The notes under the pieces: generated by a model
Databases searched by the model: none
What the model was told of the DNA's origin: nothing
Seen by the model: the letters and a program-made list of their open reading frames with translations, nothing else
Shown: one piece after another, positions 43,408-55,348 of the stretch
Layout of the letters: the number at the start of each line of letters is the position of its first letter
Position numbering within the stretch: position 1 is the first letter of the stretch
Assembly (NCBI GenBank): GCA_002269645.1
Contig: NIVC01003260.1
Location: 44,781-108,780, forward strand
From: Macrostomum lignano
Taxonomy: Eukaryota
DNA: 64,000 nucleotides
Direction: 5' to 3'
Made by a program: the position numbers and the translations under genes

Positions 43408-46400
43408 GTGACGCGGAGCGCGGAGGTTTCGTGGACACCTCCCCGAATCAAAAAATCCATGCGCGTGAGGCCGATCCGTACGTCACAGGTCGAGTAGCGA
43501 GTCGAGAAGTCCCTTTCTTGCTAGACAGCGGCAGCCGGAAAAACTTCCTTGGTTCGTCAACCTGGGCCGCTATTAGACGCCGGATGCCTCGTTGTATCAT
43601 ATCGCATGCTAATCCCGATTGCGTAACTATGTATGATGGGACGCAGCTCCCACTTGCTTGTAAGGTGACCATCCCCGTGGAGTTTGGTGATGTCGTCGCG
43701 GACACCGAATTCCTCGTCACGGTCTCCGATTGTGAAAATTTGCTTGGCGTATCGTTTATGCGAGAGCACTGCCAGAACTTGGACTTCGCTCAAGGAATGC
43801 TAACGTTCAACAATGGCTCGTGCATTCCTGTTCGTTATTCGCGTCGTGAGCTTCAAACCTGCCGAGTGTACACCTCCGAGAAGTGCACCCTGCCGCCTAG
43901 AAGTTCAGTGCTGCTTCCCGTCAGATTGGATGACGGCCATTCCGAGAATCGAGGATCGCCATCAATCGTCGAGCTGGTTAAGTCGAGGCTGCATCCCAGT
44001 TGCAACGTTCTGGAAGCAGCGCCTGCTCTGATGACGATGCCTGAAGGTCGCGGCTATCTTGAGGTCGTCAACACCGCCGACAGCGAGGTGTTCCTGCAAG
44101 CCGGTATCCGTGTAGGTGTTGCGACGCCACTCCGAACTGCCGACCTGATGTACTTGAGTGAGACGCCCGAACCTGAAGTGCGACACCTCCCGAAGAACTC
44201 TGAAGAGTCCAGCACAGCATGGCTAGATGAAGTCGAGATCAACAGCGAATTGTCCAAAGAACAACATCAAAGAGTGCGAGATCTACTAGTCGAATGTCAA
44301 GCGGCCTTCTCCATGCACTCGCTAGACGCCGGCCTGACTCACCTGGTGACCCACGAGATCATCTTGAAGGACCGGACACCAGTCGCGCTACCACCGCGCC
44401 GAATCCCGCCTCATCTGAAGGACAAACTCGACGCCCTGCTAGACGAGATGCTGGCGAAGCACATCATTCGCCCTGCCTACTCGAGCTACAATTCGCCAAT
44501 GCTCATCGTGCCCAAGAAGGACGGCAACATCCGACTAGTCCACGACTTCAGAGCTCTCAACGACAGGTGTGTGTATCACCCGTATCCGCTGCCGCACATC
44601 CAGGAAACCTTCGCGAAGCTTCGTGGTGCTCAGTGGTATTCCAGCTTGGACCTTGCTCAAGGATTCTGGCAGATCCCGCTGCGCGACTGCGACCAGCACT
44701 TGACGGCATTCTCAGTGATCGACCGCGGCCAATTCTGTTTTAACGTTCTACCGATGGGTCTCCACGATAGTCCCGGCAGCTTTCAGCGTTGCATAAATAA
44801 GCTCCTGGACGGCCTGACGCCAAAGACCGCGCTTGGCTACATGGACGACATCGTGGTGCACTCAGTGACTTTCGAGGAACAGCTGGATAACTTGCGAACT
44901 GTACTCCAGCGCATCATCGCAGCCAACCTCAAAGTGAAACCGAAGAAGTGTCATTTGTTCCTCAAGGAGCTGCATTATTTAGGTCACGTCGTGACTCCCG
45001 ACGGCCTGAAGACCTGTGAGGACAAGATTGCGCAGATCCGTGATTGGCCCGTGCCACAGTCCGTTACTCAACTGAGACAATTCCTAGGCCTCGCCAATTA
45101 CTACCACAAGTTTGTCGACGGCTACGCTGGAGTGGCTGCGCCGCTGCATGCCCTGACGCGAAAGGACATTGGCAGCCTGCGGCAGCACTGGACTCCCGAG
45201 CATCAGCACGCGTTCGACACTCTGAAGAAGAAATTGTGTTCTACTGAAGTTCTCGCTCTGCCTGAGTTTAACTCTGATCCTGCTGTGAAGTTTGTCCTCG
45301 ACACGGATGCCTCTGATATTCGAATAGGCGCTTGCCTTGGACAACTGCAATCCGACGGCGTCGAACGTCCAATTGCATTCTTTAGCCGTAAACTTCGCGA
45401 TCCTGAGAAGCGCTACACGGTCACGAAGAAAGAGCTGCTTGCAATTGTGGACGCTATGCGACATTTCCGTCATTATCTAATTGGCAAGAAGTTTGAAGTT
45501 CGATCCGATCATCGGGCCTTACTGTGGTTACTGAACCAGACTCAGGCCACAGGTATTTTTGGCCGCTGGATCGAACGCCTAAGCGAGTTCCGCTTCCAGC
45601 TCAACCACCGCAAAGGCAAGGACCACGCCAACGCTGATGCCCTGTCAAGAAGACCGGAGGCGCCACCGATCTCCTTCGAGCATGGCCGCCTGCTAGAGCA
45701 ACCTGGTTCTACAGCCCGACCCGGTGACGACCACGACCTGGAACCGGATTTGGACCCGACACCCGAGGCCACTGCTAGAGCAGCCCTCCTGAAGACAGTC
45801 CACTCTCGCTGCTTGGAGGCCGAGACTGACCTGGACGAAGACCTGGAAGCCACCGCGCCAGCAGCCTTCCAGCACGACGCCCACCGCTGCAGTCAACGCC
45901 TGGAGACCGGCTTGGACGACAACCCAGAGGCCACTGCGACAACAGCCCTCTGCCGCGATGCCCATGCCGCCCGCTGCAATTTGGAGACCAACCTGGACGA
46001 AGACCTTGAGGCCACTGTGGACACAGACCTCCTTGACGACGCCCAAGACTACAGGTCTCGGACTCTGGAGACGCACACGGACCAAGATTCAAAGGCCACC
46101 GCACCAGCAGCCCTTCTGATGACGGCCCGCAACGCAACTCCAGGCAAGCAATTTAACTACAACCCCTCCGAGCCTTTCGCTGAGATTTCTCGCCGTGTTG
46201 ACAGAGGCCAGAATCTCGCGCCAGCTGCAAGGTCGAAGCTCTGTCCCCCGGGCCGACAGACAGCTGCTCATCGCCTGTGCGGAAAGTCGAGTCCCCCTTT
46301 GCGACACCGCCCAGTGCAGGAGAAGACTCACCCAACTTTGATGACTATTGAGCCGACGGCTACGGCTGCCAGCGACGGGGCGTGCTTCACGTGTTGCGTC

Positions 46401-49400
46401 TCGCCCTGCAGCCAAGAGTCGCCTGGGCTATGCAGTGGAGGCATGCGCGCTGCTCCATCTGCGGATTTTTCTGTCTTGAGAGCGATGAAGAGAACTTCGA
46501 ATCGAGATCAACGGACGTACGCCGACGTTGTGAGACAAAGTCCCTCGGAGCGACCTAATCCTGACGACGACAAGACGGTGCCGTGTGATCGACCTGGAGC
46601 CATTAAAGCGGAGACTGCGGGAATCCGGACCCCTCAGCCATGCCGCGCTGTGCTCACTGATTTTCTGAAGCTGCCGATGACTCGCCAACAGTTCGTTGAC
46701 GCCCAACGCGCTGACCGAGCCATCAGCTATGTGCTCAACCTGGTCGAGAACGAAGCCCCGAAGCCTGAGTTCGACGCTCGGTTGCGCCTGACGAAGGAGC
46801 AGCGGAACCTGCTCGGATACTACGAGAACCTGCAGGAGGACAACGGCCTGCTGCTGATTGACCTGTCCGATGGCCAGCAGCCGCCAAAGGTTGTTCTGCC
46901 TGAGGCCCTTGACGCCCAGGTGCTCCAGGAGCTCCACAGTTCGCCACTGTGTGGACACCTCGGCGAGACGAAGACGTTACTGCGGCTACGAGAACGGTTC
47001 TGGAGACCCGGATTAGCCCGTGCTACCAAGACCTTCATCAGTTAGTGCCGCACCTGCCTTGAAAGTAAATCGCGACGGCGAGAGAGAGTTCCGGTCCAGA
47101 GCTTTCCAGTTTGCGAAGTTTTGGGTAGAATCCACTGTGATGTAGTAGGACCAATCGCGCAGAAGAGCAAGAGCGGCAACCGCTACATCCTGACCTTGTG
47201 CGATGCGACGTCGAAGTATCCATTCGCCTACCCGATGAGAAACCAGAAAGCCAAAACAGTCATCAAGCTTCTGCAAGAGCGCTTCATCCCCGAGTTCGGT
47301 GTACCATGCTGGATTCACACCGACCAAGGCACCAACTTCACCGGCTCCGCCTTCAAGAAGTTCTGCGACCTGTTTGGCATTCGGCATACGACAACACCGT
47401 ACAATCCAGCTTCCAACGGACAAGTCGAGAACCTCAACAAACAGCTAAAGAGTGTCCTCACCTGTCTGCTCGAGCGCAACCATAACGACTGGGACACCTT
47501 CCTCCCAGCTTGTCTGATGGCTCTCCGTTCCAGCGTGCACCCGGTGACATGTTTCACGCCTCACTACCTGGTGTTCGGCCGTGACTTCCGACTTCCGATC
47601 GACAACTCGCTGAAGAAGCTGCCCGAGTATGCCAACCTGCCCGACTATGTCAAGGACTTCCAACGTCGCCTGGACGAGGCGACTGAGCTAGCCAAGGAGC
47701 GCCTGCATCTGCATCAGCAACTGCGAGACGAGCACTACTCGAACCTGCCCGTCGCCAAGAAGCTTCAACCCGGCGATCTGGTCTTCCTCAACAACCCGGT
47801 ACTCGAACCGGATGAGGCGGCGAAGTTTCATCGACCTCGCAAAGCCCTATACGAAGTCGTCGAGCCCAAGGGCGAGGTCGTCTACAAGATTCGACGGAGA
47901 CTGCCCAACCCAATAGCCAGACGAGACAAACTAATCGTCCATCGCCGGAACCTCCTACTCGTGCCTGACGCCGATTACACGAGGACTTCCGATCCTGAAG
48001 TCAACAAACCGAAGAAGCGTCGGCGACGCCCGACCTCCCCTGACGGCGCAGGACCCGCGACCTTGACGCCGATTCCCGAGGACGACCAGGACGACCCCGA
48101 CAATGATGATGATGACGGCTACGACGCAAGGCCGGCCTTCCGATGGCACTTCCGGCCTTTGGCGATCCCGGAGGTGCAGCCAGGAGGTGGACCGGTCACG
48201 ACACCAGCGAACCAGGCAAGTGCACTTCGGCGTGAGCCAGTGCCGTATGGTGAATGTCATTTGCATGAGCCTGTTCTTGATGTGTCTACGCCTGTTGTTT
48301 CTTTTCCGCCCGTTTCTGCTCCCGCCCCCAGTGCTGCTTTTTCTGTGGTCCAGACCCCTGGGCCGTCGTTATGCACCACTCTGGTGGAAGCGTCAGTAGG
48401 AATTGTAGATGCCGGTAGGCTGGCTAGGAATCGTAGGCAGCCTGAGAGGCTGATTATTAATCCTAGGGCTAAGACTTATGTTAGCCGCACCACCCGCATC
48501 CGTGCACAAATTGAAACGCATTTCAGCGCAGAAATGCCCTCTCGCCATACCACCAAGCGCACAGAGCGCACGCCATCGGCGGAGAATCGCCATCGCCGCT
48601 CGCGGCACGAGGCCGAAGCAGGTCCGCCTATTGGGGCAGCCGGCGGCCAATTTGAGTCGGGCGAACGCCGGGAGGTTGCCCAAATCCCTCCCCGGCTATG
48701 GCTCACCCTTCCTCAGGAGGAGAGAGCCCCATCACCGCCACTAGAGGCACGCCGGCCACGTCCTAGGCGCCACAGGCGACAGCGGCCGGGGCACAACCGG
48801 ACCGCCAGTGCCGAGGGGACGCCCTCGGAGAACCCGCCTGTTGTTCGCCATATTGCGGCCACCCCATCATCGAGCCTGGCAGCCGCGGCATCGACCGACG
48901 GAATCTCTCAGGGAATCGCTGAGATCCGCCGGCAAGTTGAGCAGGATCAGGCTAGAGAGGCTGCGAGCCACATCAGCGAGAGAGCCAAGCCCGCAGCGAC
49001 GGCTGATCAGGTTCAAGGATCGAGACGCCAGCGTCCCCGACCGCCGACGCCCGTCTTCATTGACTTGACGGAGCCAGACTCCCCGAGGCTAAGCCCAACT
49101 ACTAAGTACCGACCAGCCGGTGGGTCGGCCGCCGAAGTTGTCGCCGAAGGCCTAGCGGAGCTTCGACAACAGCTCGCGCCCCGGCAGCCGATGCCAACAT
49201 TGACCAAGATCGAAACTTGGGACGCCCAGCCGGAGTTGCCGGATGACGCCAGCAAACCGTCGGCGCAGCCTGCCCCCAACTCCATTTTTCTTTGCAGAAT
49301 CGCGGGGCCAGAGCTCCAACTGGAACCGGCTTCACTGCCCCGCGACGACCAAGTCTGGCTGCCGACAGTTCCCGAGCCGGAGAACTCTGTGGCCCCAGGC

Positions 49401-49910
49401 AGGGTAGAGGCCGCCTGCCAGACAGACGGCAACAATTCGGAGGCGACCACCCTGCAGGAGCTGGCCACCGAGCTGCAGCAGGCCTTGCCTACAAACAATG
49501 CTGTCCCTCCAGCACCGCCCAACTCGCCGGAGCCACGCGACCCGAACTCATCGGACAATGAGTCCGAGGACAACGGATTGTCGCCACCGGGCCTTTCGCC
49601 AGCTGTTCAAGCAGCCGTTAACCGATATATTGAGGCGGTGTACTTTATCGCCCAACAGCTGACTGCTGCCGCCCAATTGAACCGACTGCCAACCCTCGCG
49701 GACTGGCCGCGATGGGCCTGTCTCCGCGCCCTCACGGATGAGGATCGGCAGCGGCTAATGGACGAGGCTGCCCAGCTCACTGCACCAACACTCAGGCGTC
49801 CGCCATACCCTGAGATGGTCCGCGTTGTCGCCCGGCTAATTGTGGCCCAGATGGCGGGTCGGACACCGGAGGTCCCGGATCTCGTGCACCATTGCGACCG
49901 GCAAGAGTAA
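43260..49910 (+). pseudogene. Pol polyprotein (PR, RT, RNase H, integrase) with an in-frame TAG at 47043-47045 and a long C-terminal extension
   Basis: PR FLLDSGS; RT FSSLDLAQGFWQI-like and YMDDIVV; RH VLDTDAS, ELLAIV, DHRAL and NADALSR; IN HSSPLCGH...*CRTC, IHCDVVGP, IHTDQGTNF and NGQVENLN. ORFs 43239-47045 and 47121-49910 share a frame. Confidence 0.93.
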
Positions 49911-50558
49911 CTTTAAACCCTGGACTGACAAACCCCAGGTGACTCCAATTTTCGTCGCGCCCTTTTGCTAGTGCCCTCAGCAGCCCTGCGCTGCATGTGC
50001 GAATTTTTGCGCAGTCGCGCCGTTTACTTCCCCTTTTCGTATATGAGCGGCATTTGTCCTTTGTGCTCATTTTCGGCATCAACCATTTGTGCCCTTGTGG
50101 CCAGTCTTTTGCCTTTTACCCCGGGGCTCTGCATGAACTCCCGCATCCCCCATATTTAGCCGCCTCTTGCATATCATGGGGCTGGCGCCCCCCTTCATGC
50201 TTTGGTGTGACTCCATTAATACCGTAAGGGGCGGTAGTACGGCCTCGCCCAGCTGCGCTTTTATAGCCCACTATGGCTTCTTTTGTCCCATTACCTGTAT
50301 TTGCCATCTCAGGCGATTCCCTTTTTATGGGCGCTGCAGTTATTTGTGCAACCCAGTATTTAGGCGCTGACTTCAAGCGGGCAGGCGCCCCCGCACGCGC
50401 GTTTAGGGTTCCAATCATGGGCCTAACCCAGCCCCTTCTCTGTTATTCTGCCAAAGTTACCACCTTTTTGCCAATCAAAATTTTATTTTCTGCAGTTTAC
50501 CTTTTTAAATAAAGGCGCACTCCGCCTTCACTCCGCCTCTTTATTTGAACAGGGAGAC

Positions 50559-51524
50559 TGTAGTGAGCCGCTAGTTTATGGTTAGGCGTTGCCCTTGGCC
50601 TGTTCTGGCCTTTTGCGTCTTTGTTCTCAGCCCTTAGCTTCTCTGCTGTGGGCTGTCTCTGTTTTGTTCCCGTCCCGTTTTCCTCTGTCATGTGAGCAAG
50701 TCACATGACAGACCCTGCATTCTTCAAGTCCTAAAGTGCAGTAAACATGTTTACTGCACTCGTTGTCCCTGTTTACTGGGTGAGTCACGTGCTTTCGGAC
50801 CCCTCCCTTCTCTAAGGAGAGAAGTGACTCATGTTGCTAAAAATAGCAACTGAGTCACAGCCGCGTGTACTCTGGCCGGGGACCTCAAGTGACGTCAGTT
50901 CTAAAAATAGAACAAGTCACGAGGTCTTCCGCACGCTTCTACCCTGCCCAAGACTCTCGAGTGACGTCAGTTCTAAAAATAGAACAAGTCATGAGGTCTT
51001 CTGCGTGGGTGTTTCCCGGCTATAAATAGGAGCCCTCTCCCCCTTGTTTCCGTCAAGGAGTCTGTTCTGTGTCTAGTTCTGTGCTAGTCTTGTTCTTCCG
51101 TGTGATTACGTCCCGAGTGTCTGAGTCTCTGCATACATTGAGTCTGTTCGTATTGGTCTGACTGAGACCCGACTAAAGTGCCACAAGCCTACAAGAGACT
51201 AACTCAGCCCTCCCTCTGCCATCCAAGCCCGGCAGGTACGGCTGACGAGACGCCTAGTATGTTGAATTGCAAATCTGCACTAGGTGCTGTGTTCGTTGAC
51301 TTTGTTATTTCGTTCCGATGGGAAGCTCACCTCACGGAAGGCTGAGACCTGAAGGAACTGGTGGCAGCACTACCTACGCTACTAAAGTTAAGAAGGCTTC
51401 TAAGTGAGAGGACGGAGCCCAAGTCACTGCGCTGTACAGCAGGACAACCACAGGTACAATACTGGTGGCAGCGGTGGGATTCAAAGACCTACCAGGCCAC
51501 CCCGAGAAAGCCCCAAGTACAACA
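50559..51524 (+). repeat. 3' LTR (966 bp)
   Basis: Colinear with the 5' LTR except for an ~88-bp deletion between GCCCTTG direct repeats and scattered substitutions. Preceded by AACAGGGAGAC. Confidence 0.95.
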
Positions 51525-54500
51525 GTCATATATTGGCTAAAACTACCTATACCAACTTACCATAAACCTGTTTCTCAATTTTTCTATCTTAGTTATTTAT
51601 GTCCAAGCTTGATTGGCTATCTTTTTTACCCATTTTGTTCCTTAATCTTATATTCTTATTGTTTAGTAGTTTGACTAATAGTAGGCATACTATTCTATTG
51701 ATTTATTAGTTCTATAATATATCATTAATAAATTAAATATAAGTCCTTATCCTAAGAACATTAAGCCCAATATCTAGCCAATCTAGCCAGGTAACAAAGT
51801 GGCCAAGACAGGTATGTTGCAAAACCAATCAATCAACTAAATACCAAAAATAAAGGATACATAGGAAAAAGCATATATATAGCAATCAAGAAAACAAAAA
51901 ACAAAAGAGTAGGAAAATTAAATAGTTAGCTTTCAAAGAAAAATAAAAATACAACTATAGTATATATAAATCAAAGCTATGTTGCAAGTCTTTCTAAATA
52001 TAATATAATATCAAATATGCATGATATATATAATTTTGGCCTAAATAAATGCTATATGCCAAAGTTTAATAGGCTCTTTATTTATGAATATAGATAATAG
52101 ACTAGATGTAATATTGTTGCTCTTATTATTGCAAATTTATAATTTTACATTTAGGATTTCTTTTAGAATTAATATTTAAGCATATATTATTTTGGTCTAA
52201 TGATTCTTTACATTTTTGTATTGATTTCCCCTATTAGCTTATTTGTTTTCAAAAGTGCATCTATTAAAATTTGGCTTCTTGTTAGTTTTTGTTGTTGATT
52301 GTATTGTCCTACGCACTGGGTATTAGTCTTTTATAGCCTTATAACACCAATAGTCTATATTATGAAATAAACTTTGTCACAGCTTTGTTAAAATGGTTAT
52401 AAAGATTGTTTTATTTAATTTTGTTTATTTACCATTTAAGGGTTACAATCTTTCTAAATTTTAACCTATACACTTAGGTGCAAGTCATTTTGGTAATAAA
52501 TGTTTTGATGACAAATAGTCATTTTAATGACAAGTTGCTTCTATGATATGATAGACATACTTCATCTATAAAAAATAGATTTAGTGAGTAAAGGTGAGTT
52601 AGTCAGTTTAGTAACAGGAGGTGCTTTATAATATCAATTTGTAATTATTTTGTTAATATTATATTTTATATATTTAAACAAATCTATTTAAAGGTTAATA
52701 TTTAGAAAAAACTGTTTGTTTTTTGTTTTACTTTAATGGGGATCATTTTGAATTAGTCCTAGAATATTCAAACACATATTGTACAAGGCCCCTCCTAATT
52801 CTTTTACAAAATTGATAATTGTATAACTCATTTTGAATGCGTGCCAAATCTAGGAAAACACATTTGTTATAATACATATATTTCTCATAATATTTTACAT
52901 GAACTAATTTTTGTTTAAACTAGCAATAAATTTTAGTATAAATAGAAGCATTTTTGGCAGAGAAGAGACCAACTTCATGCATCGTGGTTCCTTAAGAAAG
53001 AAAGCCAATATCAAATAGTAAGAGTTCCAAGTAAATGTTATTGAAGATTATTTTCCAAGTTATTCATTTGCAAAAGAGAAGTGAAATGGCAGAGAACACA
53101 TATAGTATATACTACTAAAAAGTGGAAATAGTAAGAGACTATGAAGTAGATCCTAAATTGATACATGAAAGAATAACTGGAGGCCAATGGCATAGGCAAG
53201 GGGGGGGGGGATATGGGGATGTATCCCCCCATGGGCCTGGTTGGTAGGTGTAAGAAATTACTAAATCTCTAAGGTTTGTATTCAATACTGATACTGATGT
53301 GATTACTGTACTGTTAGTGTTATTTGTGTTATTGCCTGCAGCTGTTGTAATTGTAATTGTGAACTCTTTACTATGTCAGACTGCCAGTTTGTTGTTTTTA
53401 TTTCGCATATAGCTCTATAGCTCTAAAATATATTGGTGCTACATTGATTAGAAAGCAAAATATTGTTGAAAAGCAAAATTGATACATTGGAAAGCATAGT
53501 GCATGCTAGGGCAGCAAGTAAAAAATGATTTTCATTTACTCAAGCATTCAGTAGAAAGAATTTTTTCTATTTTTTTCATTAAATTGTATGATTTTCATCG
53601 AATTAGAAACTTGACTGGCCATTCATAGCTACCTATCATCTACATATTTGATTTTTCTTGTGAACTGTCATTGGGCCAGCAAGCTGTACAAGTAGCAGCA
53701 GCTTTACTCATTCATATCCTTGTATCCCCCCCATGAGAAATTCCTAGCTAGGCCCCCCTACACCCCTGCTGGAGGCTGTGACCTTCTAATCTTGGTAACA
53801 CCCAGGATTGGAAGTACATGCAATACATATACCAGTAAGCCATTATACCACTCAGGCCAGAATAACAGAATAATAATCATAGCTAAAGAATGCATAAACT
53901 ATATATATATTATATGCAAAAAACTTCATTTCAGGATGCAGGCCAATTTATATAATATAGTACAGGGGTGCCTCAGACCCTGTTGCATACAATTTTTTAT
54001 TTGAAAAACACCGACTTTGAGAATATGAAATGCCTCATTTTTTATAAGGAAATGTGTAAATTTATAAATAGGTTTAGGGTCTAAAAGTAATCTGAAAATC
54101 AAATCATATTTTTAGACAATATATGTTATAGACATCCATCCATATGTTCGAGACAAGTTAAAAGCTATGTATATTTTCTAGCCTAGGGATGTAGTAGGCC
54201 TAGCAATGCCAATAATATTAGCTGAGTAGCAGAATTAACAATTAACAATAACAAGAAAAGTATTAATAATCCAGCAATTTTGAACCAGCGGTATTACAAG
54301 AATACCTTCAGCTAAACTTGAGACTACACTGATTACTGAGAAAGACCGTGTGACTTGAGCGATAAGGTATTGATTTCAAATTTAGCAGCTGTGATACATG
54401 CTCATGCATACTGTCCGTCCCTGACCTCGGTTGTTAGTAAGTTAAGATAACTAAGAGCAAAAAACGTATTTAAAAGTTACATATAATCAGCGTGAAAATT

Positions 54501-55348
54501 GCATTAGCAACCTTTAAAATACATATTTAAACTTTTAAATGCTATTTAATAATATTTCACACTTTTATGGTCTGCTTTATTTTATTAGCTTGTTCCTGTG
54601 TTTTACTTAACAAGGCAAAAAATAAACCAGACTTTAAGCTGCCTTCTCATAAAGGCTAGTTAAAAGCCTGAATTCACTCACATATTAAATCTGCAACTGC
54701 CGTAGCCCACAATCCCGAATATTTATAGAGTACTTCTCAATCCCATAATAAACGGCCTAGTCAATGGTTGCATGCTGAAATGGTCATATTAGAATCAAAA
54801 TATGCATCACAAGAAATATACATGTACGAGGAAACGCGACGACGAGAGTAGATGGGAAATATAGTTTTTGTGATTTGCTTTTGCTTTTGAGTTTCTCATT
54901 TCTTATTCCAAGTTTTTATTCTCATGTAGTAGGATCATATGCTGGAGGCTCAGACAATCTGAACTGTACTACTTTTTCATTAAATTCACATGTACACATG
55001 CAGATACACATACATGTACAAACGCGTATAATACATGTGTGTTTATGCATTTAAAACATAAATTTATATATTTCACGCACATGGCAGGGACTAAGTGTCG
55101 TTATACTGTACATGATGTTTAAGAAAGATCTATGGACAGCTTGCAGTATAAGTTTTCAAGGCTTGGAAGTTTTTCGATTATTTTATTGACAAGTAATGGC
55201 TTAACCTTGAAAACCACCGGCAAATTATTTGTGGCGTTTCTAATAAATTCTAAACTTGGACTACATCCTACATGACAATTGAAACCTTCCAAAGGTTTTC
55301 TGTATGGTATGAGTACATATGATCGTTCGTTTATCTCTCTCTCTCCTC

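Larger units (their letters stand above)
41087..51524 (+). mobile_element. Full-length Ty3/Gypsy LTR retrotransposon (10,438 bp), probably inactive
   Basis: TG...CA LTRs at 41087-42140 and 50559-51524, 4-bp TSD GTCA, PBS after the 5' LTR, purine tract before the 3' LTR, gag with CCHC, and pol in the order PR-RT-RH-IN. Confidence 0.97.

Noticed and set aside
47043-47045. Programmed stop-codon readthrough inside integrase
   Set aside because: The TAG splits the HHCC zinc finger, which is not a sensible regulatory position. A CAG-to-TAG mutation or sequencing error is simpler.
53200-53770. Possible old MITE (CAATGGCATAG...CTACACCCCTG with G/C runs)
   Set aside because: The TIRs are too degenerate and no TSD could be identified.
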